Below are positions 34,273 to 48,532 of a DNA stretch of 64,000 bases, piece by piece. The stretch covers positions 4,156,001 through 4,220,000 of the forward strand of contig OZ076409.1 of NCBI GenBank assembly GCA_964187785.1, written 5' to 3'. The notes beneath the pieces were generated by a model. It did no database searches. It had not been told where the DNA came from and saw only the letters and a list, made by a program, of their open reading frames with translations. This DNA comes from Amphiscolops sp. MND2022 (lineage: Eukaryota). The position numbers were made by a program, and so were the translations under genes. The first letter of the stretch is position 1, and each line of letters starts with the position of its first letter.

Positions 34273-37200
34273 CCCTCTTCGACTGCTTTGTCATCCATGA
34301 GGTAAACGTGATACCTGGTGTTTAAACTAAACTATTGTTAGTTATCGAAGTTCAAAGTATTGATCATCAAATCTGAGAAATTATTTTGAGGCATGTAGAA
34401 GATGTTAAATATTTATTCAGTACTTCTATTATTCGGATCATCAATTTCCCAACTTTGTTGAAGCAAATTTTATTTCTTTTCCCGCATCAGTTGCTAGGTT
34501 CATGATTTTCAGTGCCAACTTGGATTCAGCGTCATGAATTGGCGGGAAATGAAGAGGTAGAGACGCGGAAATGGGACTTCGGCAGGAAGTTGATTCCCAC
34601 TTTTCCTCAAAAGTGAGTTGAAACTGAAAGCCGAATCTTCAGAAAGCCTACCTTATTTGGATTTCCTTGACTCAGAAGGACGCCGAGTAGAACAAGGTGT
34701 GAAGTTCACGCGCGGGATTTATCCGGCGTGTGTAGCACAAAGTATTAATACCTGACTTAAAAGTGTGAGAGAAACTTTGATCTTGATTGAGAAGCAGTAA
34801 CTTGCGATAGTGTGGTGATTTTGAATTTTGTTTATTGATCTCAATTTTTACCAATTTGATTTCAATTCGTTGAATTAGCCAATTGTTGACTAACTTTTGC
34901 CAGTACCTTTGTTGCAACAACTTTTAACACTTTTCCTGTACGGGTTCGAGAATCAATATCTTAATTTAAATCTTGTCCTGCTTCCGAAATTTTCCCTTGA
35001 GAGATGCCAGAAAAAAAAACGCAGAAAAGGAATTTAAGACAGGACCCTCCAAGTGACCACGAAATGGTCAGACCTACATGCTCGATTGCCGAAGAAACCC
35101 CGAGTTTGTCGGAAAGAGGCTTTAAGGACATCACGGACAAGGTAGAATATAGGATGTCCAAACGATTTAGAGACACGGAGCATAGTCAGAGGTAAGTACT
35201 TCAACCAATAGAAAATCTGTCGTCTACGGTTGACAACTTGTCTAACTCTTTCTTGGAGCAATGTTGCTTGGAGCAAGGGACTGTCGGATATGTCAGCCAC
35301 TGACACTGAAGTCAGGAACGGAACTAGAAACGCTAGTCTCAGCAGACACGAACAAATTATTCAAAAAAGCTACTCACAAAACACTTAACAGTCAAGAATC
35401 AGACAATCAAAAGTCCCACGAAACAAATCTTTACTCAGTGAACTCTAAAGTCAATCCAAAAACTTGCATGGCCTTTAAGTGATATCGTTTCTACTCAGGA
35501 ATATGAAAACACTTCCAACCTCCAAGACAAAGAAAGATCAAAAACAACTTCAGAAAAAAAAACAAATTTAAAACCAAACTCCTCATATTAATATTTGAAA
35601 ATTACTCTAAATTGGTGATAGAACAACCTTATTCTCAACAACTCCTTATTCTCCAAAAACTGACTCAAAACATCTTGAAACCTTTGTAAGTTTGTAACTC
35701 ATACTAACCTTGAAAGGTTCCCAACTCACCTTTTGTATTTATTCATGAATTTTATACAAGATGCTGGCGTGAGTTCTTCAGTTTCATTTCCAGTTTTTGC
35801 TTCCAACCAGTCAGTTTTGAGATCATGCGAAAACATTCTGTTGAACTTAAGGTAAAAATTGAAGTGAATCTTACTCGTGGGACGCTTTTGTCACAGCACA
35901 GACTAAGAGTGAGAAAAATTGTGTAAACTATCAAAGTTTTGGCCTGTGATATTAGATGTCTTTGTGGGACTAAAGTGTATTTAACACCGGTATACAAATG
36001 CATTGTTGACTAGGAATCATATACATTTCAGTGTTCGTGAAGCTGTACATTGAAAATTCAACTCTTTTAACATTAAAACTGAATTAGAAGTTCGAAAAAG
36101 TGGACAACAAGAGGCGCAGTGACTCGGCGACAATTTTTTCGAAAAGTGTTTTAAGACGCCATAGACACAACCGAACAGTTTCAAACATCGATTGTTCGAG
36201 AAAAAACAATGGAATAATGACATCTCGAAACATCTTTTTAGATCTGGAAACAATGTCTTGCATATACAAAGGAGCCTAAAATAGCGGTTTCATAGTTATG
36301 TTTTATCTGAAACTGAAAACGTCAAAAGGAAAAGATTTGTGAAAGAATGTGGGTACTTGGATACTGTGCATGAGCGTACTATTTTGGAGGAACGTTGTGT
36401 GTTGGGAATGTAACTGAACGACATCTTTGATCCGAAGACCGTCAAAGGAAAAGGAATGTTATATAAGGTTTGAAAACATGGATTTGGCAAAACACAGATG
36501 AAAGTTTTTGCAACTGGGGTATATTATTCAAATGGATGATTGTTCTTACCTTCTTCTGAGCTATTCGTTTCTTTCACTGTGAGTCGTTGCTGAGACAATA
36601 CAATCAGAAACAGCTAAAGAGAGTTACTAGGGCAAAATGGAAGCTTCAAAATTGGTTGTATGAGAAGAAGCTGTGGAAGCGAATACCCCTAATATTTTGT
36701 TCGTGCTCACGATTCAGATGAGACATCTGACAATGTCTCCTTGCAACAGTTGTTACAAAAAAAAACGGTTGCTTCGATTATCGGAATCATGTGACTTACT
36801 TCGAAAACGTGATAGAAGTATGTTAGAGTTCCCACAATCATGACCATCGTACATGAGGCCAGTAACACAACGGTAGCACGTTGAATGGAGTCCCGCATCA
36901 CCGAAATTGTTGAGCTTTGGATTCTGGGTATGTGCAAACTAGGTTTCGTTTGAGGTCCTAGTTGAAAACGATATCAAAAATTGAAGAAAAAAACATTGGA
37001 CAAAGAGAGAAGACTTTATTGAAAACTGTTTACCAAAGAGTATTTCATGCTTTTGTAGAGTCTCGAGAGATGTCAAACTGTAGATATTATATCAACACTG
37101 TTTCATTTTCGTTGGATCGTCTTCAAAAGTGTTGTTTTCTACTCAACTTAACCGCTCAGTAGATTAGTTTTACCAGGTCACCCGATTAATAATTATCGTA

Positions 37201-39259
37201 AGTCTTTCTAAGTTGTTATGCAGCATTGACCTGAAGACCTGTTTGTTGGTTCAAAAATCTATTCGAACATGAAGTTTGTGAAACGTGAAGCAAGTCACAT
37301 CACGTTGCATAAACTTCCTTGCAAAATAACAAAAACGTTGCAATTCTACCTGGATTTGAAACTGTTAACCGAAAAAATCTCACAATAACTATGCCATTTT
37401 CAAAAAACTATTGAATGTCGAGATATGTAACATATTATTAACGCAGAACGAAGGTTGAACGACGATTCAAGTCAATGTAGTTCAGGACTGAAAAACACTG
37501 AACAACCTTGAGGCACACAAGAAATTGTGTCTTTGGGGACTTTTCGAAGACGGCCTTCATTGTGTTCACCGGTCGGTAAATGATAATAGTAGCCCGCAAT
37601 AATCTAAAAAATCCATCTATGTTTAAAAAACGTGAGTATTTACCTCCTCTAACGTGCTTGTTTTCAAAAACAATTTATGAAAAAAATGAACACGAATTAG
37701 GCAATAACGCCTAAATCCATGGGGCACAGATGAAAAGATTCTAAAACAAGCCAAGTTACATTTTGGAGCACCGAAACTTATTGTCGCATAGGTGGTCCCT
37801 GAAGGGTCCACGCAAAAAGCACCATTCTAAACAATGTCGACCACAATAGGCAAATGAGAGATACAAAATTCGGGAAAATTTTGGTAACACAAGAAGAAAG
37901 CTCCTGTCAACTTTTAAATTGAAACGCGAAAACGGCTATCTTTCTAGCTTCTTCCGAAATTTTTCATAGTCGTTCACGCTTTTTGCTCTCAATTAGCGAC
38001 GTTGCTCTTTATTTGAACCAAGATTTCCCTTATTAGGCGAAATTCGATAACGGTTGAGTATGTACATTTGCGTCAAGTTCTGTTCCGGATAGATGGAAGC
38101 ATTCAACAAAGCGATATCTCTCGAATACTAATATTTTGAATAATAGTTTGTGATAGCACGAATTGAGCAGTTTGGTCTACTGCGCCACTGTTTTCGACTA
38201 CATTGACTAGTTAGGTATACGCATGTAGATTTGAATATTATTCGACCTATGAAGTTGTAATTTTAAACGCAGCGACTTGAAAAATTGACAGTACATCATT
38301 ATATTATATGGTTGGTGAGGATTTCGGTTTTTGAAATTTCATACTGCTCAAAGTTTCGAATATGAGCAAAACTGTTGGATTTTCTTACCTGATGGGTAAG
38401 ATTACTTTTCTTCTTTCGAATCGGTTTTCGAATAATCCAGGCTTTGTGAGGCTGTCATTGGAAAATTTAAATTTCTATGTCTTCAGTAGCTACATTCCAT
38501 GGGTGCATAATGCGCTTTTTTCAAAACTCGTTGCTTCAGCTAAAATCAATTTGTAGTTTTTCAGTTTTTGAGATATACATAATTTATGAACGCATTTTTT
38601 TGCAAAATACACTTGCCACAGCTTTACAAAACAGAAAAAGGAAACGTTAATTTGAGGTTGTTAATTGGTTTCATGGTCTTATGACACCCACACAACTTCG
38701 CGAAAAGACAACGTACCAAGAAGATATTTTAAAAGATACCTGAATATCGAATATCGCTTTGAAACATCATCATAGCAGAAACAATCTTTTCTTTCCTTTC
38801 AAGAGTTCACTCGTTAAAAATGAATGCACTCCTTGCAAGTTCTTGCAATCTTATAATTTTCTTTATCAGATAATTTGCAGAAACCTTGCAAGGTCATCAT
38901 TACCTTTCAAGAATCTTACAAGATCAACTTATTCATATTTTCGCCCTGCCAGAACTTGACATATTAAACAGGCAAAAAAACCTCGGCAGCGAATTCGAAT
39001 TTGGGTCAAGTTTGGTGTCTGAAAAAAGAAACTACAAACGTTTTATCACCCGATATTGATGGTTATTTTCGCAGTGTCTGAATGACATCCACACTATATT
39101 TTTGACCGTGGTATTTTCCACCAACGTTTGGAACCAACGTTTTTCTGCAAACGCTCCTCGTGAAAAACCGTGTAAAGTCATCATTCCTTCTTAGAACCCT
39201 TACCAGATCAACATTCCAAATTTTTCCCTTGCAGAACATGACATATTCAAAACCAAGAA

Positions 39260-40455
39260 ATGCTCAGGAAAATTTCGAACTCGGGTCAATTTTCCAATTC
39301 GAAAAAAAAAGAAATAACAACTTCAAAACGCCTACTGTTGCCAACAAAGCTGAAGTTCCAGGACATTTCAACTTCACCCTTGCATTACAAACATCTGAGC
39401 ATGGAAACACACAAACAAGAGTAACTCAAAACGCTGTTGCAAAAACACGTTCGATAAACTATTTAATTTAAAAAAAAACTTCAAACCCTTGACTTTGGGA
39501 AGATCTCCACAACATTCTGCAAAAAGCTGAATAAATTATTAACACTCTCCTTTTGGCAGCTCAATAGGAAAACGTTTATATTTTTTCTCATACCTTTATT
39601 CTATCAATGCATCCACCTAATATATACCCAATTCTTCTCAAGTCATTCATTTCCAATGTAACCACTTCACCTTCAACGTTTCAAACTTCTGAGAATGAAA
39701 ATATATTTCCATTTATCCATATTCTGTTCCGCCTCAATTTAACACATAGGCTTCACCAAAACCACCAAAACTCTCAACCTGAAGACAAGAACTGTTCAGT
39801 AAAGATCCCAAACAAAACTCAACTTATTGCCATTTTCTTCTCAAGTTATATCGGATATATTGAAAAACAAGCCACCATCAATAGACCTACACACAACCAA
39901 GTTAAAAGAGTTAACTCTTTGGTTCATGCCTTTTTTCAAACACAATATTCAGTTCCCTCCGGACCCCAACCTTCGCTGTGTATTGAGAGCTGCTCATATT
40001 GGAATTAACTCATATTGGAATCAACAATCTTTAACCTTCTCAAATAATTAACAAAACCCTTCCTCCACTTCTTGATTCGCATGAGACTAAAAAAATTTCA
40101 ACAATTCAAACTTTTTATTCTCTCATATTACAAGCGATGAAAACTGATAGATTTTCTCTCTCCTTCTTAGTTACCAAAATTGTAAAGCTACATATCGCAT
40201 TGAAAATGAAACTTCATTTAGAATATGTCCTAATCAAAACGCAAAACTCAAAACTCAACATCCCACCAAAGTTCTCAAACACTTTTGTGAAAAGGCGAAG
40301 AAACTCCTTGATGTGTTTAAACAACACAACATGGTTAAACAAATTGTTTCTAATCCCTCAGCTATATCCTTTACAATTTTTTCAAATCCTCCAAATATCA
40401 TTCCCAAAGAAGATACTACTAAAATTGTTTTAGATGCTGGTCATTTGAACTCCAA
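39260..40455 (+). pseudogene. Old, highly degenerate PR to RT N-terminal fragment related to family A/B
   Basis: KTPTVANKAEVP vs KTLTVANQTEVP; SYIGYIE vs GHIGYIE; NPPNIIPKEDTTKIVLDAGHLNS vs NPLIIIPKGDTIKCVLDAQHLNS. Confidence 0.85.
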
Positions 40456-41977
40456 ACAATTCGAAGTGAGGAAAATATTGAACAAGGAAGAAAGATTTTG
40501 TTGAATAAAATTAACTAGAATTTTACTAGATTTAGTAGGATCCAAAGAATAAGATCTAAAATTTAGTGATTTCAGATCTTATCCCCTTTGGATCTTATTC
40601 CCGTCCTGAAATTTTAGATCTTTTTCCTTTTTTTGACTGTAGATATTATTCCCCTTCTAAGATTCTATTCCCCCCTCTGAATGGAGATAGTCAAGTGGAT
40701 GGGGATATTCAAGTGGAGTTTTGGCAGAATTTGGAAAAAACGCAGAACTTGGAAAAAATGTGGAGTCGGAAAAAAATAACCTTTCATTAATTTGAAAAAT
40801 GTTATTCAATCTAGTTAAAGGACTATTGCATGTCGATGGATGTAACATACACCTCTCGCAGAACGACGCTATAACAACCGAGAAATCGTTGACGTCACTA
40901 TAAAGTAGTAAAGTGGTGATAATACTAAAAGCAACATAGCACACAAAAAAAACCCAAATAGATAGATTACGCGCTTCATTTTATTGATCGAAAGCTTTTC
41001 CCGAAACATGATTTTTCAGTTTTCAAATTTTTTGATCCACTTTCGGATTTTGATTTTCAAATACTTTTAACGGGAAATGTAAATTGAATTGTGAATTACT
41101 ATGAGCTTGTTTCAAGGTAAATTTCAAATTGGTATTCGATAATGAAACAAACAAGCTCATACTAATACAATTTACGTTTTTTTTCGAGAACAGTTTCGTG
41201 TCAAAGTTGTTTCAAAATCAAAGAAAAACCAAAGTGGACCAAGAATTCTAAAAACTGAAAAATAATGTTTTGGAAATGGTTCTTGAATATAACACATACA
41301 TGTTTTTTTTCTGAAAAGATAAAATTTTGAAGATGCTAGAATAATTGCGGCTTCAGTAAAGCAGGGTCGATTGAATTTTTGAAACAAAAGTAGACCAAAA
41401 CTGAGAAAATTGTGGCACCTCAGTTTCGACCAAAAATTGGCTTAAATTAGCCAATCGTAACTTCTATAAATTACATTAACTAATTACAAGCAAACATACT
41501 TGTATATTAGATGAATCTAACAAACGTTTCCGTTCATCCGTTTTCAAAAGTCACTGCCTTTTTTTCGAAAAATTTGGATTTTGACATTTGATCTATGTTG
41601 ATTTTGATGGCATCACTAATGTTGTCCAAGACTTCTGAGGCAAGGAAGACACATTAGCCAAAGAGAAGTCTTTGTAATTCGTCATCCTTTGTAACCAACA
41701 CCCAATACGCTAGCATATCGAACTTTGGTCAAATTGACTTGTGAAAATAGTACCTGGTACTTTGCTGATTTCAAAATCAATCTATGAAACGTAAATGGAA
41801 AAAAATATTTTAGAAAAACGCAAAACTCCATATGGTAGAGGAAAATGCATGCCAAAACAAACTATAAAACGTCACCCTGTGATCACCTAAAATTTTTTGA
41901 AAATTTTGTTCAAAACTGACGTGGCACTAGAACCTTGAACATGCTTTCAGCGCTTGCCGTTACATGGAACATCATTT

Positions 41978-41995
41978 TGGCGACCACCGAGGGAT
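41978..41995 (+). promoter_or_regulatory. PBS of element C, probably tRNA-Arg
   Basis: TGGCGACCACCGAGGGA; its complement TCCCTCGGTGGTCGCCA resembles metazoan tRNA-Arg 3' ends. Confidence 0.7.
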
Positions 41996-42287
41996 CGTCT
42001 TAGGGAAGTTTTCCTGCATGGTTTTTGAAAATCTGGGCCACCGGTATTCAGCGCCAAGACAGTTTAGACTCTGTTGGAGAAGCCAGACTTATGCCTCATT
42101 CTTAACGACTGCATGTATTCTTGGGTGTTTGAACTGAACGGACCCAGATAAACCCGGAAAAAGCACATTTTCATCTGTGATAATGGCATTTTCGGGGAGA
42201 AAAACCAGTAAATGCATGTTACGTGATGTTGTGATGTGTTAACCCATCAGCGGGTATATGTTTTGCAGGTAGCACGTTCCGTAGCAC

Positions 42288-43740
42288 GTGACTACGGGTG
42301 CATCAAGTAGTAAGATGGTGCCTGCGCGGACCCCTGACCCACCACTGATACGGAAGGCTAGTCCCCAAACGGTGACTAAAGCACCCAAGCCTCCCGAGGC
42401 AGCTAAGAAGCCCACTAAGGTGCATGTGTGCATGCCAAATTCGCTGAGCACAGTTCAACTGCCGCCCACAATGTCAATCACTCGAACTCAGGATCGAGGA
42501 GTAGATCCCATTACCACCAATTCTTCGGTCATAGACCTGACTGACACGAAGGCAACGGCTGGATCCCAAACCAGCAGCGTGGAAGACGATACCACGCCAC
42601 CACTATGGAAAGGACCACTGGAACTGACTCGATGTTCCTAACTGCAAGCGAAGGAGTGCTCGCGGGCAACCCGTGTGCCAGTAGCAATCGCAAAAGAACA
42701 CCTGAATGGAGATCTGTCCAGGCAAGCTACTAAGGGTAGTCGGGACAACGCCCCAGCAGCGAGCGACGAAGGGGAGGTAATCAGATTGAGCAGTTGCGAT
42801 TCACCGCTGCAATATCCAAAGCCATCTCGAAGGCACTGGCTCCTTTGCTAGCTGGCCGTGACCCCTCTCAAGCCCGGCCTAGTGTTTACCGAGAATCCAA
42901 AGAAGTCTCCATTGACGGCTGGATCCTACTCATGCGCCGTTATCCGCAAAGTACGCAAACCAAAGCGACTCCAGATGACAAAGCTTGGAGCATCATCAGT
43001 CACCTTGGAGGTGTAGCGCACAAATATAATATCAACAAACCGAGTCCGAACGGGACACACCTGAACAAGCATTCGAGTTGTTGGCTAGTCAATTCGGAGC
43101 TGGAGGCAATAAGATGCAAGTGCGTCAAGCCTTTCCACTCGACAACTTTCGGAAAAGACGACTGGATGCAGTACTTAGACGCTTTGGAAGGGCTGCGTAG
43201 TGATGAGCCCGTCACCACTAAGCGTTATGAAATCCTGCAGTGCTTTATCGAGGGTGTCCGTGACGCTGCTTTGCGACGGGATCCCTCTATCACTTACGCA
43301 TCCGAAACCACCGCCACTGCCCAACCCACCGTGGAATACTTGAGGCTCACCACCAGGTAGTTGCAATGCACCCGACCCAAGTCTTCACAACCACATGATC
43401 CCCGGTACGCTATGAGGTTGAGCATCGTTACCCCCAAATAAGATTGTAGGTGCCTGTTTCAACTATAGGCAGACAGGTCACTTGCCCGATATTGCCCTAC
43501 CCGAGATCAGTCTTCCAAACCCGCCGTAGTGCCAGAGCCTGAAGCCGTGAATGCCACTGCTGAGTACGTTGTAGAGTGCATCGCGGAGAACTGCTCCGGG
43601 GTTCGCTTTTGCGCCAATTGTGGTGTAGTAAATCAAATCGCCTCACAATGTGTGGAAGCTCCTGCGAGCTCCTGTGATGACTTTGCTTACAGTAGATGTG
43701 CGAAAGTCGAGGCAGCTGGTGCTGCTGTCCACAGTGTGCC
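42288..43740 (+). pseudogene. gag: gag of element C
   Basis: SIDGWILLMRRY, YLDALEGLR, FIEGVRD capsid-like motifs; degenerate knuckles CFNYRQTGH and CANCGVVNQIASQC. Confidence 0.75.
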
Positions 43741-44025
43741 ATTAGAGGATGATCGCGTGTTCATGCTCCACCCGGCGGAACCTCCAGCAATCTACACACC
43801 CCTCTCCATAACTTGTGGTACCAAGCAAGTGCAAACGTGCTTGGAACCAACGACCTTTGACCCCCCGGGCGTACGCTCGTGTCCATCAACTTGATGTTGG
43901 CTGCAGAACAGCTGCGTTGCCGGACGATAACTCTGGCCAAACTTTGGGCTGAACTATCCATCCTGTACAAGCGAGGGTAACTACCTCGCCCAAAAGAGTG
44001 GTATGCTCCCGGAGATTCTGACACG

Positions 44026-47000
44026 TTGACTACGTATTCTCCAGTGCCAATTTGCGCCACGATAGACGGCGTGGATGTGAAGTTTGAAGCCTGCGTCGTA
44101 GTTGACGTATACCCTCCCGGTATATGCCTGGGATCCCAAGAGCTCAAATGCTACATCAGTCGCCAGGAACCCACCGGCGAAGAACGAATAGACGAGCATG
44201 CGTCGCTCGTCGTGTCCTTCCTTGTGTCCCATGCGGCACCAATTCCACTGCGAGGTCTGGTTAACACCGGTTCCGGAGTGTCTATTCTCACGTTCTCTGC
44301 CTTTAACCGAGTCGCTGTCCAAACCGGGTCAGTATTGAAACCCTACCAGACCGACTCATACGCCGCCAATGGCAAGACCATCAAAACGTCTGGAATGGCG
44401 GAGCGTGTGCGTTTCCAGTTAGGAGGCTATGAGTTGGAAACGAACTTTGTTGTGGTGAACGACGCAATGGGAGTTGATGCCTTTTGGTTAGGCCGCAACT
44501 TCCTCTGAACTTACCAGGTCCTCGTTGACCTGACATTGAAGAAGATCGTGGTTCGTGCGCCAGTTCAACCAGTTGAGCATCATGCCCACACTCAAGTAGG
44601 TGACTCCACTTTAGTGCTGCAACCCTTCGAACGTACGTTTGTAAAAGCCAAGGTGGTCACTGCCAACCTGGAACCACTTGTGTTTCAAAACCTAGTGTTG
44701 AACGCCGCTGTTGCGGATGCGTCACCACAGAATGTTGTGTTTTTAGAGGACTGCGTTACCACTGTCACAGAGACAGGTCACGTCTTTATCAGCGTGACGG
44801 ACCTCACAAGCAACCCACAACGTGTTCGTGGCCAAACCCGCCTGGGCAGCGTGGTACCCGTATCCCTGGTAAACCGAGCTGTACCTCAACAAGTGGATGG
44901 CCCAAAACCAAAAACTGAGGTCGATAAAGACCATATTGATTTTGTTCTAAAAGTGTATGAGAAAATTAATATCATTACCGACTCGCAATTAACTTCTTCG
45001 TCGGAATTTGAGTTTTTTGTCGTCAACAGATCCTATTCAGGATGGCCTTTCAGATCGTGAGAAACGCAAACGCGCGGATCCCGAGCTGTTGGTTCCCAAA
45101 CCGGGACCAGAGTCGCAGCTTCGCAGCTACAGGAGGTAAAGGAACTGTGGGGTTCTGAAGCGGGAACCTCTCTAGGAAACATTTTGACCGAGTTTGATGA
45201 CTCGTTCATGAAACACAAGGCTGACATTGGTCGATGCACCATGGCCAAACACCCAGTAGAGATGAAACCAGGTGTAGTGCCGCACAGTGAAGGTGCCAGG
45301 CGTATGTCTCCTGAAAACGCAGAACGTGCTAACCATGAGGTTCGCAACCTGCTTGCGCTTGGAATGATCCAACCTTGACTGTCCCCCTGGGCCAGCGGTA
45401 TCGTCATCGTCAAGAAAAAAACGGTGAGTTACGGCTCTGTTGTGACTTCCGCCCACTGAACGAGGTAACCGTCAAAGACGCATAACTGTTGCCACGAATT
45501 GATGAAAGTCTGGCCACGCTGGATAAAGTCAATATCTACACCAGTAATGCTCTGGCCTGGGCTTTCTGGCAAGTCGCTGTCCGAAAAGCTGATCGCCAGA
45601 AAACAGCGTTTGCCTGTGAACTAGGGCTTTTCGAATGGAGACGCATGCCTTTTGGTATGTGTAACGCTTCCGCCACCTTCCAGAGAGCGCTAGCGCAAGC
45701 GCTACGTAAAATGGTGAATCGGAAAGGTAGCATGGTGATGGCCTACATCGAGATATTGTGATCGTGACAGAAATTGAGGATTGTGACAGAAACTGTGGAA
45801 GACCACATGGTGCGTCCCCGTGAAGTTTTTGAATGCCTGCGTGAAGCTGGGTTCAAGATGAGTGTTGCCAAGTGTGATATCAAGATATCTGAAATCAAAT
45901 ACTTGGGTCGTGTGGTGTCAGCAAAGGGTGTAAAACCTGACCGTAAAGCCGTGGCGAAACTACAGGTTTGGGAAATTTCCCGCAACAAAACGAAAATACA
46001 GAGCTTTTAGCGCTATGTCAACTATTATCGCGATTTCATCCCTTTGCATGCCAAACTCGTTGCTCCTTTGCATATTATCACAGGGGGTGAACGCCACCTT
46101 CACGTGGGGGGTCCAAACAGCTGCAGGCTTTCGACGAGATCAAGAAAGCTTTCATCGAGACGACTGCACTTGCGCAGCCAGACTCGGAAGGCGAATTCGT
46201 GCTGGACGTTGACGCCAGTGCTGTTGCGATTTCTGGTATCTTGCACCAATGGCAAGGTCCACATGGAGACAGACGTCACCCTCCCACTGTTTATGGCAGC
46301 GAGAAGATGACTGCTACCCAGGCAAAGTACGGAGCTCCCAAGTTGGAAATATACGCCGCCTAACACTTCACTGTCAAGAACCACAGCTATTTGTGCCCGC
46401 GAAAACTCACCTCGAGAGTGGACAACCAAGCGCTGTCATTGTTGAAAACCTACGCAACCGATTAGGCTCTCATTGGCCGTTGGATAATGGCACTCGAGAA
46501 GTACCACTTCCACGTGGAAAAACGTCCACGGACACAACATCGCAATGCCGATGGTTTGTCCAAACGGACCAATGACTACTGTTGGCGAGAACAACAGCTA
46601 GAAAAGCTACCACCCGTAGCAGAGCGCCGGAATGTCTTGTCTCAAGATGAGCATAAGCGATTCCCCTTCTGCACCATGGTTTGGCGTGCAGGGCCGGGTC
46701 ATACCCAACCACCCTGATCGGCCGTCACATTGGCGTCATGGGCAACCCACCCCTCCTAATCTTGTTCAGCTCGTTAAACTTCGTACTCAACGGACCAAAC
46801 TACAGGAGAAACAAACGGAGGCTTTGCAGGCACCACTGCAGCTGACTCCCCCGCCTGTGCTGCACTCTCACGAAGACTTTTATTCCGACTATCCCGACGA
46901 CGGGATAGATGTAACCGAGGAAGCAAGCCATGATTACTTGCTGGGGGTGCTGCTTGCCATTCGAAGTCTCAGCACTGATCTCCACGAGCCTGCCCACACT

Positions 47001-48000
47001 GTCCATGGCATCAAAGATCTAGTTTTGGCCCAAAACCGAGACGTTCATGTCTTGGCCCTCAAAATGTTGGTCAACAACGAAAACATTGACCAAGACATCT
47101 TTCCGGAGGATGTGCGTGCTTTTGCCCGCAATTACTTCAAACAAAAAAAAAGAATTCTGAATTCTAACGGAGTTCAATGTTGTTGCATGAACGGTCCTGC
47201 ATGATTGTGATTCCCCACTTGTATCAACATGACATCCTCTTCTGTGCGCACGACGCACTGGCTCACAAGGGCATTAGCAAAGTTGTCGCGCACACATAGG
47301 AGCGCCACACTTGGCCTGTTATTCGCCGCACTGTAGGGCAATACGTTAGCCAATGCCTCACTTGCCAACAGGTGCGGGACAAGCCTGGCGACGTCCGCTT
47401 CCACCTCAAAAACCACCAGGGTGGGTACTTATTTGAACTGGTCCAGTATGACCACATGAAGTTGTACCCTGGAGCCACGATGAGTATGACGCCATCACCT
47501 CATCCCGTTTGCTGCTTCAGAAGTGGTTTGCTCGTCATGGCACGCCAGCGCGCATGCAGTCTGACAACGCTCCCAATTTGACCGCTGATGTCTCCAGCGA
47601 ATACATGAATGCTTTACAGATCACCAAGGTAACCTCTACCGCTGGTCACCCACGCATCCAAGGACTAGTGGAGCGCCACTCTTTGCTGCTCACTTTGCTG
47701 CGAGTTTTTTGTTCCCGCCGGATGCGAGATTGGGGTCAGCACCTTGATGAAGTACTCTGTGCGTACAAATCAACCAGGCAGGCTATAGCAGGATTCGCTC
47801 CGACCATGATGACCTGTGGTACTGAAAAAACGATACCGCTCACGTACCTCTACCCTGAGTTTGCTACAAAGTCGTTTGCAACTCATGACGCATACGTGGA
47901 CTAGGTGTTTGCCCGCCAACTAGAAATTCATGACTTGGTGCGTCGCAACACCCACCAAGCTCAATTGCGTCAAAAGCTTAAAGTACGATCGCGCCATACG
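44026..48000 (+). pseudogene. pol: pol (PR-RT-RH-IN) of element C, heavily frameshifted
   Basis: LVNTGSGVS and LGRNFL (PR); SPWASGIV, DFRPLN, RMPFGMCNASATFQR (RT); LDVDAS, NADGLS (RH); CLTCQQ, QSDNAP, GLVER (IN). Confidence 0.92.
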
Positions 48001-48532
48001 CGCAATACGATCGCCCACAGTGCCTCCGGACCCATTCCCTGAGTTTTCACCCCTCGATCCAGTGTCCGACGTCTCTTTGAATGACTGCCTCCCGCAGTTG
48101 TCTTCTGACCACGAGCTCGCGCGCTCACCGTCACCACAGCCATCGCCTTAAGACCACCCGCCATAGCAATCCTTGACTGGTACGTCTGACCCGTTGTTGA
48201 CCGTTAGAGCCCCCCAAAGGACGTACCGAAGATTTAGCGTTTTCTGACGATTCTCTGAAACATACATGTATATAGTACGTTAAAAACATAATACGTTAAG
48301 GCTCTTTTCTGTTCCTACCCATGTGAATTCACGCATGTAATTATATGAAATAGTCAAGTTAGTGTACATGTAAACCAGTCAAAGTGAATAGTGTGAAACA
48401 TTCAACCTAATTACCGACTGCAATTACAATGTGAAGCGTTTTTGTTAAATAAAAAAGCAAAACGATGTATCGTTTCTTTGGTGTAAAGTAGTCAAACTTT
48501 GATCACTTTCCCCGTTTTCAATGAATGATATT

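Noticed and set aside
34403..35354. Solo LTR (TGTT...AACA) containing a gag-like ATG at 35004
   Set aside because: No TSD, partner LTR, PBS or PPT could be confirmed.
40538..40630. Imperfect palindrome (ggatccaaag...ctttggatc) as a structured RNA
   Set aside because: More likely MITE debris; boundaries cannot be defined.
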